In this document: positions 38,815 to 48,792 of the stretch, in pieces
Layout of the letters: each line of letters starts with the position of its first letter
Numbering within the stretch: position 1 is the first letter of the stretch
NCBI GenBank assembly: GCA_963827235.1
Contig: CAWHAE010000012.1
Location: 736,001 to 800,000, forward strand
Reading direction: 5' to 3'
Origin: an uncultured bacterium
Lineage (GTDB): Bacteria > Chloroflexota > UBA5177 > JANWHV01
Length of the DNA stretch: 64,000 nucleotides
Position numbers and translations under genes: made by a program
Notes under the pieces: generated by a model
The model's input: only the letters and a program-made list of their open reading frames with translations
The model's database searches: none
Told to the model about the DNA's origin: nothing

Positions 38815-39135
38815 ATGCGAGGAATCCTCTATTACGTCGACGGACCGCGGCCTGTCGAGCTCCAGGGCCTGGAGCGCCTGGTCTTCGAGGACCTCACGGT
38901 ACCGGAAGCTCAGGTGCTGATGACCGTGCCCGCGGTAAGATTGCCCGGACTGCCGCTGGGAACGACGACCGTTCGCGGGCGAGTATTCAACCGCCATGAG
39001 GATAATCGCGTGCTGATTCGCAACTCCTGGGGCATTACTGATGTGCACGTGGCCGCCAGGCAGCACGTTGTCACAATGCTGCTGCCGGTGGACGATCTGG
39101 AAACCCTAGAGCAGGGAGAGCAGAAGGATGCCTGA
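38815..39135 (+). CDS. Hypothetical protein (106 aa)
   Basis: AAGGAG RBS; stop overlaps the fpg start, suggesting translational coupling. Confidence 0.65.
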   Translation: MRGILYYVDGPRPVELQGLERLVFEDLTVPEAQVLMTVPAVRLPGLPLGTTTVRGRVFNRHEDNRVLIRNSWGITDVHVAARQHVVTMLLPVDDLETLEQGEQKDA

Positions 39136-39958
39136 GCTGCCTGAAGTGCAGACGATCGTGGACCAGCTCCAGGAGCGGCTTCCCGGCAACCGCTTTGCGC
39201 CCGGCGCCGAGTTTCTCTGGCCCGGCACAGCGGGCTACCCCGGTGCAGGCGAGCTGGCCGCACGCCTCGCGGGCAGACGCGTCGTGCACGTCGGCCGGCG
39301 CGCCAAGTACATCCTGATCGAGCTGGACGACGGCATGCTCACTCGTTGTGCACCTTCGCATGACCGGCAATCTCCACTTCGCAGCGCCGGACGACCCGTT
39401 TCACCCCTACCTTCGCGTGCGCCTGCCCCTGGAAAGCGGGACCGGAATTCCGCTTTCGCCGACATGCGCAAGTTCGGACGCTTCTATGTAGGCACGCCAG
39501 CGGAGCTCGATGCGGTGATCCCCTCGGACGGATCGGACCGGAGCCCTTCGACGAGGCGTTCACGGCCGCCGTCGCTCGGCGAACGGCTGGCCGGGCGGCG
39601 TGGGCCGATCAAGTCCGCGCTGCTCGACCAGACGGGTGCTCGCCGGACTAGGGAACATCTATGCCGACGAGGCCCTGTTCCGAGCCGGCATTCATCCCTT
39701 GCGCGCGGCCGGCTCGCTGGCGGCGCGAGAGCTCGAAGCCTTCACGGCGGCATTGTGGCCGCGTTGAGCGAGGCTCTCGCCAATCGCGGCACCAGCTTTC
39801 GGAACTATCTCAGCGCCTCGGGGGAGCCCGGCGACAACGAGCCCAACCTGATGGTCTTCCGCAGGCACGGCAGGCCCTGTCCCAGATGCGGCACGCTACT
39901 GGAGCGCATCGCGGTGGCCGCGCGCGGAACGCACTACTGTCCCGGCTGCCAACGATAG
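39128..39958 (+). CDS. mutM: Formamidopyrimidine-DNA glycosylase Fpg, with several indels
   Basis: [26 protein letters not shown] and [15 protein letters not shown] in frame; HLRMTG, GPEPF and [13 protein letters not shown] lie in shifted frames. Confidence 0.9.
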   Translation: MPELPEVQTIVDQLQERLPGNRFAPGAEFLWPGTAGYPGAGELAARLAGRRVVHVGRRAKYILIELDDGMLTRCAPSHDRQSPLRSAGRPVSPLPSRAPAPGKRDRNSAFADMRKFGRFYVGTPAELDAVIPSDGSDRSPSTRRSRPPSLGERLAGRRGPIKSALLDQTGARRTREHLCRRGPVPSRHSSLARGRLAGGARARSLHGGIVAALSEALANRGTSFRNYLSASGEPGDNEPNLMVFRRHGRPCPRCGTLLERIAVAARGTHYCPGCQR

Positions 39959-40165
39959 CCGCATCCTTCGTCGCGCTCGTTTCCACGGAGAATAGCGATT
40001 ACGCTCCCCTTTGCGGCAGGAGATTACAGATCGTTAACATTTGAGGCATACAGTGATAACATAGTGAAGGCATACTGGTACCAAGAGGTGAATGCCTGAC
40101 CGAAGTACTCTGAACTTTCTCCCCCCGGTTCTGGCAGCCAAAAGCCGCCAGTACTCATCTTCTCC

Positions 40166-40196
40166 GCGCCGTCTCTGCGCGCACCAGAGACGGCGC
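40166..40196. terminator. 12-bp hairpin in a long intergenic region
   Basis: GCGCCGTCTCTG-cgcgcac-CAGAGACGGCGC. Confidence 0.55.
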
Positions 40197-40525
40197 AACT
40201 GTGTCCGGCCATGCCATGCTCTTGCATATTGCGCAGGCCGAGCGCAAAGTATTGCGTAAAGGACACGATGTGTGAGACACTAGGTGCTAGACGTAGTGTG
40301 CTAGCCCGATCGGTGCGCAGGTCGGAAAGGCAGCTGGTGACGGTCGCCGACTCATTTAGTGAGAGTTCGCGACTAATCCTCCGATCGCTATCGAAGAGCA
40401 CGCTACCGCGATGTATACTATTTGATGGCTAGTAGCCCTGGGGGCGCAATGCGCTAGGTGCGCTGCGCAGTGGACGGTGTTCTCTGGGCTCTACTGCTGA
40501 GGCTGGTTATTCACCAGACAGTGCG

Positions 40526-42427
40526 ATGCAGAATTGCCAACTTGTCCCGTTGACCGATGATAGTATCCAGAAGCAGGGGCCCGATCCTTCTGATCTGAAG
40601 CTGGGCTCCGACGTGGCCGCAATCGGCGAGGCGAGGCGCCGCACAGACCGATTCCTCTTGCTGAACGAGGCGGTCCGCGAGCTGACGTCACTGCGATCCG
40701 TTCCCGAGGTCTGCGAGGCGCTCTATACGCAGGTCAAGCGTCTGGTCGACTGCACGATCTTCTACATCGGCTTGTATTCCGCGGAACGACGCGAAGTCGA
40801 CATCATACTGAAAATGGACCAGGGTGTGGCCTATCCGCTGCGCTCGGTGCAGGCGGTTGAGTCCCTGATCGGCAAGGCGATAGCGTCCCGGCAACCTCTG
40901 GTGCGCTACTCCGGTGCCGCCACGGATCTCGCGCTCCGCCTGGCACCCGACGCCAGAGGCCCTCGGTCCGCACTCTTCGTTCCTATGCTTGCCGGGGACC
41001 GCGTCGTAGGTGCGATCTCACCCCACAGCTACAAAGAGCGCGCCTACGACCAGGACGATATCCTGATAGTCCAGGCACTCGCGGATCAGGCAGCGCGGGC
41101 GATCGAGAATGCACGGCTCTTCGAGCAGACGCGCTCCTGGGCAACCACGCTGGAATCGGTGCAGCAGCTCGGCGCCGGACTGCATCGACCGGTCTCGGCC
41201 GGAGAGGTGGGCAGGTCGATCGCCGAGGCCGTACAGTCGCTGCTTCCCTGCGACACCTACCGGATCATGCTGGTCGAGGACGGTACAGAGGACTTGGTCG
41301 CCTTTGCCTACGGCTCCACGGGCGCCGAGTCACGAGCCCTGCAGGAGGCTGAGCTGCGCGTGCAGAAGGGGCAGGGTGCCATCGGCCTGTGTGCCGTTCG
41401 CGACGAGGCGGTGCTGGCCAACGGCGAGCCCGGCGGTGCTGGCAGTGCCGGCTCGCAGCCCGAGGGAGCGAACGACGAGACTACGCTGGCGGTACCGCTG
41501 CGACAGAACAAGGCGGTGATCGGCGCGCTCGCACTCACGAAGCGTGGGCACGATCAGTATGGGCCGGAACATATCCGCATGCTTCAGCTCTTTGCCGAGC
41601 ACGCCGCGCTGGCAATCGCCAACTCATTGGTCCTGGAGCAGACCAATCAGCGCCTGGACAAGCTCAACGAGCTCGACGAGCTGCGCAAGGAGTTCGTCTC
41701 TACCGTGCGGCACGAGCTGCGCACACCGTTGACCAGCATCGTAGGGTTTACGGAGACGCTGCTCCACTTCTGGGATCGGCTGACGATTATTCGCCAGAAG
41801 GAGATGGTTCTCAAAATCCAGACGTCCACGACCCGCCTACAGCGATTGGTGGAAGATCTGCTGTCCAACACGCGCATGGATGGCGCTGCGCTCTCGCTCA
41901 CGCTCGAGCCCGTCGACCTCGCGTCCCAGATACGGCAGGCAATCGTCGAAGTGACGACCAAGTATCGCGGGCAGGTGGTCATACAGGAAGCACCAAAAGA
42001 CCTCGTCTCGGTCTTCGCCGACGTACACCGTGTACAGCAGATCGTGGTCAATTTGCTGGATAACGCTGCGAAGTACAGCCCGGAGGGGCGACCGATCAAC
42101 GTGCGCTGGCGTGTGGTGGACGGCTTCGCCGAGGTCTCCATTCAGGATTTTGGGCCCGGCATCGCCGAGAAGGACATGGGCATCCTGTTCACGCGATTCG
42201 GCAAGATCGAGCAGCCGATGCGCTCTGGCCAGTCAGGTACCGGTCTGGGTCTCTACATCTCCCGCCAGCTGGTGGAGGCAATGGCCGGTGCGATCTGGGT
42301 GGACACGGAGGTGGGTCGAGGCAGCACCTTCTCGTTTCGCCTGCCGCTCGTCGCGCGGACGGACCAGCCCGATGTCGAAGACGTGCCGGAATCGTCGGCG
42401 CCACTCGACTGGCAGGACTGCAGCTGA
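40526..42427 (+). CDS. Cytoplasmic GAF-GAF sensor histidine kinase
   Basis: Two GAF domains (SALFVPM..VVGAI; LAVPL..VIGAL), HELRTPLT, QIVVNLLDNAAKYS, DFGPGI, GTGLGL. Confidence 0.93.
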   Translation: MQNCQLVPLTDDSIQKQGPDPSDLKLGSDVAAIGEARRRTDRFLLLNEAVRELTSLRSVPEVCEALYTQVKRLVDCTIFYIGLYSAERREVDIILKMDQGVAYPLRSVQAVESLIGKAIASRQPLVRYSGAATDLALRLAPDARGPRSALFVPMLAGDRVVGAISPHSYKERAYDQDDILIVQALADQAARAIENARLFEQTRSWATTLESVQQLGAGLHRPVSAGEVGRSIAEAVQSLLPCDTYRIMLVEDGTEDLVAFAYGSTGAESRALQEAELRVQKGQGAIGLCAVRDEAVLANGEPGGAGSAGSQPEGANDETTLAVPLRQNKAVIGALALTKRGHDQYGPEHIRMLQLFAEHAALAIANSLVLEQTNQRLDKLNELDELRKEFVSTVRHELRTPLTSIVGFTETLLHFWDRLTIIRQKEMVLKIQTSTTRLQRLVEDLLSNTRMDGAALSLTLEPVDLASQIRQAIVEVTTKYRGQVVIQEAPKDLVSVFADVHRVQQIVVNLLDNAAKYSPEGRPINVRWRVVDGFAEVSIQDFGPGIAEKDMGILFTRFGKIEQPMRSGQSGTGLGLYISRQLVEAMAGAIWVDTEVGRGSTFSFRLPLVARTDQPDVEDVPESSAPLDWQDCS

Positions 42428-42499
42428 CGAACGGGTGCCGCCCCGCTCCTCGTCGAGCGCGTAGACCGTGACGTGCCCACAGCTCGACCGGTATAGCGG

Positions 42500-43232
42500 C
42501 TAGTGTCCGCAACTGCCCACGCAGACGTGCGCGGTCTCCACGATCTTGACGATGGCAGGGGTCACGAACAGGGCGGGAAGGAAGTTGCCGATTCGGAGCT
42601 CTACGATCTTGAGCAGCTTCAAGCCAATGGCAATGATGATCAGGCCGCCAACGGCCGTCATCTCGGTGACCATCGGCGTATCGACAACATGCTGGAACAG
42701 GCCCGCGGCTAGGCTCAGGCCACCCTGAAAGATGCCAATCGTGACCACCGACAGCATGACACCCCAGCCCAGCGCGCTGCTGAACGCAAACGAGGAAAAC
42801 CCGTCCAGCGTCGATTTGAAGATCAGGCTGTGGTTGTCACCGGTCAATCCGTTCTGAATAGAGCCCACTATGGTGAGCGGGCCAACGCAGAACAGAAGGC
42901 TGGTAGTGACGAAGGCCTCGCTCAGGCGGCTGCCGTCGCTGCCGAAGCGATGCTGGATGCGGTTGCCGAAGCGCAGCAGGCCTCCGTCGATATCTAGCGC
43001 CTCGCCGATCAGTGCATCCGACGAGAATGCCTCCCAGCACGTACAGAGCGTTCTTCGTAGTCTGCCCGTTGATGATGCCCAGCATAAGCGTAGCTAGACC
43101 GAGACCCTGAAGAATGGTTTCCTGGAAACGCGCCGGCATGCGGGACCCGATCAGACGACCGAACACGGTGCCGGCCGAGACCGTAGCCATGTTGATCAAG
43201 GTACCGCTGGTGGCATCGAGTGGGCTCATCAT
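42500..43232 (-). CDS. DUF554-family membrane protein (YdfK/YqgA-like), one frameshift near 43017
   Basis: GTLINMATV..G in ORF 42837-43241; SLLFCVGPLTIVGSIQNGLTGD...KSTLDG and NFLPAL in the second frame. Confidence 0.85.
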
Positions 43233-43323
43233 CTTGCCCAATGATAGCAGAGGGCACGCCCCTCAGGTGCCGCGGTCCCACGCTCGAGACGAGTGTTGCG
43301 GGCAACCACGCCGGATCGACCGT

Positions 43324-44064
43324 TCAGGCGCCCAGCGGCACCTCGAAAGCCACGCCGCTTGGCGACGGCGCCGGCCAGCGACCTGGTGCGCGCTCGATAG
43401 ACACCGCGGCGGCGCTGAAGCCCGAGGCATCCCTGCTATACGACTGACTGAACACATGATTGGCGCCGCTTTCAAACCCGTCGATTGGTACAGGCGAGCC
43501 GTGAACTGGGAGTAGCCAGAGCTCGTATGCCAGAGAAGGCGGCAGGAGCGGCAGGTTCGTGAAGCGCACGGCAGTCGTGTGGTCGCTACGCACGTCGATC
43601 GTCGCAACGACGTTGTCCATCGCCACGCCCTTGACGACGCGTGCCGCGACGTGCGCAGTGTACGTATGTACCGTCACGTCCTGGCGATGCGTCAGCAGCA
43701 CAACGACCAGTACGATCGCCACCGCGGCCGCTCCAAGTGCGCCGTAGGCTAGGCGCGGCAGATGTCGCCACCAGGGTGCCGATTCCCCGACCGGCGCCAC
43801 AATCGTATCGACGCCGCCCTGCGATTGCAGCCACTGCCGGCGATCGAGCTCCACCAGATTCATCAGCCGCGTGCGCAGGGCGGCGGGCGGTGTAAGCTCG
43901 GGGGCCGTCAACGCGAGCTGGTCTCCCACACCTTGCAGCATCTGTGCTTCCTCGGCGCACTCGCCGCACGTCGCACAATGTGCCGCTACGTCTTGCATTT
44001 CGTGCGGGGCAAGAGCGCCGAGCGCATAGGCGCCGAGGAGCTCGCGCACTTCATCGTGAGTCAT
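43324..44064 (-). CDS. Anti-sigma factor (zf-HC2 plus RskA-like)
   Basis: ELLGAYALGAL...HCATCGEC, PPAALRTRLM, one TM helix, YELWL, AVSIE..G...PS. Confidence 0.88.
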   Translation of the reverse strand: MTHDEVRELLGAYALGALAPHEMQDVAAHCATCGECAEEAQMLQGVGDQLALTAPELTPPAALRTRLMNLVELDRRQWLQSQGGVDTIVAPVGESAPWWRHLPRLAYGALGAAAVAIVLVVVLLTHRQDVTVHTYTAHVAARVVKGVAMDNVVATIDVRSDHTTAVRFTNLPLLPPSLAYELWLLPVHGSPVPIDGFESGANHVFSQSYSRDASGFSAAAVSIERAPGRWPAPSPSGVAFEVPLGA

Positions 44065-44776
44065 GCGTAGCTTCCTGCAGGTTCCCGTAATCGAGCGTTG
44101 CTTTCATCTTCTGAAGTCCGATGCGGATCCGGCCTTTGACTGTGCCAAGCGGCACTTCCAAGCGCTGCGCGATCTCGCTCGCGGACAGGCCGTCGAAATA
44201 GGCCAGCTGTATGGCTGTCTTCTGCTCGGGGGGCAAGGCAACCAGCGCCCTTTGCACGCGACCGCTCTCCATCGAGGCGTACGCCTGCTCTTCCACGTCG
44301 ACCGACTCATCGGCCCGTTCAGGCATTCCTTCAAGAACGTTGCCCGCGACCTCCCGGGCGGCTACATGCCTGAAGCGATCCACTGCCCGATGATGCACAA
44401 TCGAGAGCAGCCAAGTGCGGACGGCAGACCTGCCGGGCCGGTATGACTCGGCCTGGCGCCACACCGACAGGAACGCCTCCTGTACAACATCCTCGGCAGC
44501 ACTGGGATCGCCCAGCATCCGACATGCCAGGCCAAAAGCCTGGCGGCTGTGGCGATCATACAGCACGGCAAAGGCCCCTGTGTCCCTGTCACGCAACTGG
44601 ACAAGCAGGACCTCGTCGCTCGGTTCCTCAGGCGTCGCAGCTGTCACAACGGTAATACGTCCCAATACCTGCCGTGGATCATCGAGCCGCGCCTCGCTCT
44701 TCGTTCTGCAGCCGTTGGCGGCTCGCACCCGCGGAAGCTGCCGGCTGCCATCACAATCTCCGGCGTCTGCAGCCAT
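44051..44776 (-). CDS. ECF RNA polymerase sigma factor (SigK-like); true start possibly GTG at 44647
   Basis: AF..LYDRH, AEDVVQEAFL.VW, WLLSIVHHRAVD, LAYFDGLS..EIA..L..PLGTVKGRIR. Confidence 0.92.
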   Translation of the reverse strand: MAADAGDCDGSRQLPRVRAANGCRTKSEARLDDPRQVLGRITVVTAATPEEPSDEVLLVQLRDRDTGAFAVLYDRHSRQAFGLACRMLGDPSAAEDVVQEAFLSVWRQAESYRPGRSAVRTWLLSIVHHRAVDRFRHVAAREVAGNVLEGMPERADESVDVEEQAYASMESGRVQRALVALPPEQKTAIQLAYFDGLSASEIAQRLEVPLGTVKGRIRIGLQKMKATLDYGNLQEATHDSR

Positions 44777-44818
44777 GCCGTTCGCCGGAACGACTCTTTC
44801 GCTACACGCCTGCCTGCG

Positions 44819-45568
44819 CTACTCGGCGCGAACTCGCACGGACGATCGCACCGGTTTCAGCGAGGCGAGCCAGAACCCGGCGTAGGCGAGCAGCTCGCGC
44901 GAGGCATAGCTGGACGCGTGAGCGGTCGTCTGGCGTTGTTGAATGGCACGACGCAGGTCGGCCGCGCTGGAGCCGGGGAAACGCGTATAGCTCTTGCCAA
45001 TCGCTTCCACGATGTGCGCGTCGGAATTGCCGACCACGGCCAAGCCGCCCGCCCGGCGATTATGCCGCTTGGCACGGTAGTTCGCCACGTACATGAGCGG
45101 CGTCGAATTCTCGGCCTCGACAGCGTCGAATGGAAGCTCCGCAAAACGTCGGCCGATCCCCTGGATTTCGGGACCGAATGCGGTGATGAAGGGGTGTGCG
45201 GCAATGGCCAGCCCACCCTGCTCGTGAATGGCCGCGATGGTATCCTCCGGGCTCATGTTGGGACGGATGCGCTCGCGAATGAAGAGGGCCAGGACGTGTC
45301 CCTGCCGCGTCGTAACCTCTTCGCCCAGAACGACCTGGAATCGATAGCGGCTCTGAAGCTCCTCCGCCCGCAGCGCACCCTCGATCGTGTCATGATCAGT
45401 AATGGCAATGACCTGCAGCCGCGTGCGCCTGGCAACATGATCCAGCACGGCCTGAACGGTTGGCCGTCCGTCGGAATGGCACGTGTGAATATGGAGGTCA
45501 GCCCGCCCTCGATGCCCGCCAATGTGCAGGTGCCCGAGGGCGCTGCCTCGCGATCTCTGCGTCGTCAT
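44819..45568 (-). CDS. PHP-domain metal-dependent phosphoesterase
   Basis: ADLHIHT.HSDG, IAITDHDT, GEEV...GH, AAHPF, GNSDAH. Confidence 0.9.
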   Translation of the reverse strand: MTTQRSRGSALGHLHIGGHRGRADLHIHTCHSDGRPTVQAVLDHVARRTRLQVIAITDHDTIEGALRAEELQSRYRFQVVLGEEVTTRQGHVLALFIRERIRPNMSPEDTIAAIHEQGGLAIAAHPFITAFGPEIQGIGRRFAELPFDAVEAENSTPLMYVANYRAKRHNRRAGGLAVVGNSDAHIVEAIGKSYTRFPGSSAADLRRAIQQRQTTAHASSYASRELLAYAGFWLASLKPVRSSVRVRAE

Positions 45569-45822
45569 GCCTGCCCCAGATCTCTGTCCGAATGTCCGCA
45601 CCACCTAGCTTCGAGCGTATCACACCGCGGTATTGTTGACACCAGGTTCGCCAGGTTGCCGGGGCCGTTCACTCCTCTGGGCGCCTGGGTACCGCCTTAC
45701 ACCTGGACGAAGCCTCAGACGGCTAGCCGGCGGCGCTTGCCGGCGGCGCTGTGCCGGCGAGCCGCCCGCCGGCCAGGCCTGCGATAACCAGACGGGGCGG
45801 CGGCCGGCTTGCCTGTGACGGG

Positions 45823-46353
45823 CTACGCTCGCGCGCGCTCCTGCTCTGCGAGGCGCTGCAGCTCGGGATAGCTGCGCTGTTCACGTGGCTCAGATTCGAT
45901 CTGCAGCTTGTGCACGACGTCCTGGATGGCACCTGCCTCGCCTTCGATCTCCACGAAGTCGCCGAATTCGAGAGTGTCCAGGGCGATTGCCGCCCCATGC
46001 CAGCGCCAAGTCTCACGATCCTTGACATAACGCAGAGTTTCTACGTAACCGATCTTGGCGAGGATGCCCAGGAGCTCTTCGGTCCCCTCGGCCGAGAACT
46101 GGACTTCCAGCTCCTCCCGAGTCTTGTGCTCGAAGGGATCGTGATCTCCAGCACGGCCCTTCCAGGTGATGGTGCTGGCGGCGGCGCTGCGCACGCGCAG
46201 CACCTCCTGCCTGCGCTGAAGGGCCGCATCGCCGGTATCCAGAATCCGGTTGACTTCGTGCTCCGCGCGCTCACAGCTGGCACCCAGGCTCTCAAGGCGC
46301 CGCCGTATAGCTTCGAGGTCCGTCACCCGAATCTTGACCTCTCGCTCAATCAT
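45823..46353 (-). CDS. CYTH-domain protein (class IV adenylate cyclase CyaB-like / triphosphate tunnel metalloenzyme)
   Basis: IEREVK, LRVR, ITWKG, REELE, YVKDRETW, LD...FGDFVEIEG, SYPEL. Confidence 0.88.
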   Translation of the reverse strand: MIEREVKIRVTDLEAIRRRLESLGASCERAEHEVNRILDTGDAALQRRQEVLRVRSAAASTITWKGRAGDHDPFEHKTREELEVQFSAEGTEELLGILAKIGYVETLRYVKDRETWRWHGAAIALDTLEFGDFVEIEGEAGAIQDVVHKLQIESEPREQRSYPELQRLAEQERARA

Positions 46354-46536
46354 AGATGCCTCCATTCCGACGATGGACGACTGATAGTCCAGCCGTCATG
46401 GCTCTGCTTTCCGGTCCCGTCCAGCCGGAAGAGAACCCTCACGAGGGCCCGGCTCGATTGCATGTCTCGTCCGCCCCAGCACCCGCCTGCAGCGTCGTGC
46501 TGGAATCTCACGCCATCGACCTGCGGCAATGCCTTG

Positions 46537-48435
46537 TCAGCCCAAGCTCCTGGTGCCGTAGATGATGCGTTTCATGTTACCTGCTTGCGCCTGTCCCTGC
46601 CGCTCGACGCGGTCGGCCTCGGCCAGGGCAAGCTTGGCCAGCTCCGGGGATCCGGCTGCTTCGAGGTGTTTTGCGGCGGTGCGGAGGCTCGCCGTGCCCT
46701 TCTGGGTCTGGCCCTCCTGGATCGCTTGCAGCGCCTGCTCCTGCAGGCGATGGGCAGTGATCTTGCGCAGCGCATCGTGTACGCGCAGATGGACCGGAGG
46801 CTCATTCTCCCACTGCTCGACGAAAGTCGCCGAGATGCGGCATGTGGACCGCTGGCTCTCCAGGCCAAGGGCCGGCACGTCATAGAGGAACTCCAGGTCG
46901 GCCACGTCTATCGTCCCGGGCTTTCGCGAGGCAATGACGAACTCCAGCAGCAGCCTGTATTCGCGGTCGGTGCTGACGCGACCCAGGTCCAGCTGTATAG
47001 GCTGCGCTATGGCCGGTGCGTCGGTGGGCACGGGAAGCGACTTGATGCCCGGCGCTACCCATGTAGCGCGTAGTACCCTGCTGGTAGTATCGGGCGTAAT
47101 CGCCACGCGAAGATTGCGCAGTGCCGTGAGTTGCAGCGTGCGCAGCTGGTCCTCGAAGACACCCCGCAGATGCTCGGCACCTTGCACGTAGTCCGAATGC
47201 CCGCCCGTACGAGTTGCCAGCTCGTCGAGCAGCACGCTGTTCCAGTCGTCTCCCAGGCCGAGCGCAGTAATCTGCACCTGGCGCTCACCGGCCAGGGTGG
47301 CCAGCTCGACGCAGATGTCTTCGTCGCCGTAGGTCTGACCGTCCGTGAGCACGATCATCTCGGAGATGAGGCTGGTAGCGTGAGTCTGCAGCTCCTGCAA
47401 GCCTGCCCGGAGGCCGGTCGAGATCTCGGTGCCTCCACGGCAGCGAATAGCATCAAGAGCTTCCCTGGCTGCCCGCTTGCCACCCAGCGGGCCGCTCGGC
47501 AGCAACACCGTGGCTCGGTCGCCGAAAGTCACGATGGACAGGTAGTCGCGCGGGCTCATCATGTCGATAATTCGCGCCACCGCTTCTTTGAGTCGCTGCA
47601 GCTTGTCGTCTCGCTGCATCGAGCTGCTGTGGTCAAGCACCAGCGAGAGATTCAATGGCTGACCACTGGTACCAATCTCGTCGCTCAGCTTGAGATCCAG
47701 CAGCACGTAAAGCATCTGGGCGCGTGGCTGGATCAACAGCTTGTCGCGGCCGAGCGTTGCCGAGACCTCGAGCGCCGGCTTCGTCAGTGTCACGCGCGAT
47801 GCCGCATCCGTCGCCGTGAACACGGGATCGCTGTACGAGACGTGTGGCGGCGGCTCGATTGGCCTGTGACTGAAGGCGGACTCGTCATACGGTCGCTCGC
47901 CGCCCAGCCACGATGACTGCTTCAGCTCCTCGGGCCGACTCTTCCGCGGCGGCTCGCCTCCAAGGCGCGCCGACTGCCTCAGCTCTTCAGGTCGGGCCAT
48001 CTCCGGCGGCTCGCCGCTCAAGCGACCCGACTGCTTCAGCTCGCCGGACTGGCTCGCCGCGCCCTGCGCATGCTCTTCCGGTTCTCGCCAGCTGGTGGTG
48101 TCGCCCTGCGACGGCCGTCCGCGCAGCCACGGACCCTCGACCGGCTGGTTGGAATCGGGGCGCGGGCGCTGCTCCAGCCCGACCGTGCCCGTCGCGTCGT
48201 TGGGCTGCCGCGCCGTGGTGGCGGCATCGCCAGCCGTCTTGTCACCCTGCTGGGCCCGGATCAGCTCGAACGCGCTCTGCACGGCGTCGAAGCGATCGCG
48301 GGCGTCGGGATTTACGTCGGGGTGCAGCTCCCGCACGAGGCGGCGGTGCGCTGCCCGCACCTCGCTGAACGGTGCGCTTGAAGGCACGCCGAGCACGGCA
48401 TAGGGGTCGGCGCCCCGAGATGGCGGGCTGCTCAT
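46537..48435 (-). CDS. J-domain (DnaJ) plus vWA domain fusion protein
   Basis: DPYAVLGV...RELHPDVNP (HPD motif); disordered linker with repeats; vWA MIDAS LDHSSSM, GGT, LTDG; C-terminal helical region ending YGTRSL. Confidence 0.88.
   Translation of the reverse strand: MSSPPSRGADPYAVLGVPSSAPFSEVRAAHRRLVRELHPDVNPDARDRFDAVQSAFELIRAQQGDKTAGDAATTARQPNDATGTVGLEQRPRPDSNQPVEGPWLRGRPSQGDTTSWREPEEHAQGAASQSGELKQSGRLSGEPPEMARPEELRQSARLGGEPPRKSRPEELKQSSWLGGERPYDESAFSHRPIEPPPHVSYSDPVFTATDAASRVTLTKPALEVSATLGRDKLLIQPRAQMLYVLLDLKLSDEIGTSGQPLNLSLVLDHSSSMQRDDKLQRLKEAVARIIDMMSPRDYLSIVTFGDRATVLLPSGPLGGKRAAREALDAIRCRGGTEISTGLRAGLQELQTHATSLISEMIVLTDGQTYGDEDICVELATLAGERQVQITALGLGDDWNSVLLDELATRTGGHSDYVQGAEHLRGVFEDQLRTLQLTALRNLRVAITPDTTSRVLRATWVAPGIKSLPVPTDAPAIAQPIQLDLGRVSTDREYRLLLEFVIASRKPGTIDVADLEFLYDVPALGLESQRSTCRISATFVEQWENEPPVHLRVHDALRKITAHRLQEQALQAIQEGQTQKGTASLRTAAKHLEAAGSPELAKLALAEADRVERQGQAQAGNMKRIIYGTRSLG
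47895..48050 (-). repeat. Intragenic 57-bp tandem repeat, about 2.7 copies (19 aa, ELKQSxxLxGEPPxxxRPE)
   Basis: GCTCGCC anchors at 47895, 47952 and 48009. Confidence 0.8.
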
Positions 48436-48792
48436 GATCTCCCTGCCGGTACTCGCTCGCCTCGTTTGTCCCTCGTCGGAGGCAGCTTGTAGGGTATCCG
48501 GCGCCTCCAATTTCGTGCTCTGCGGCGGTAAAGACGACGCAGTTGGTTACTCGGTGTACCGCCAGTATAGGCAAGCCAGTCGCGGCAACGCAATAGTACA
48601 GTGTGGGATGCCAACTGGCCATAATGCCACGTTCGCTAGCGGTCTCATGCGGCCTTTGCGAGGCCGCTTTGCACGAGCCCAGCCAAATGCCAGATCATGG
48701 ATGTGTAACACGCGGGGCAGCCGCGCCGGCACCCTTTGAGGACTCCCGGCCGCGAGCACGGTCCCGATCCTAGAGCGATCGCGGGAGGTCGA

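Noticed and set aside
44549-47073. Long + strand ORFs 44549-45787 and 45751-47073
   Set aside because: Antisense shadows of well-supported minus-strand genes; long shadow ORFs are expected at high GC
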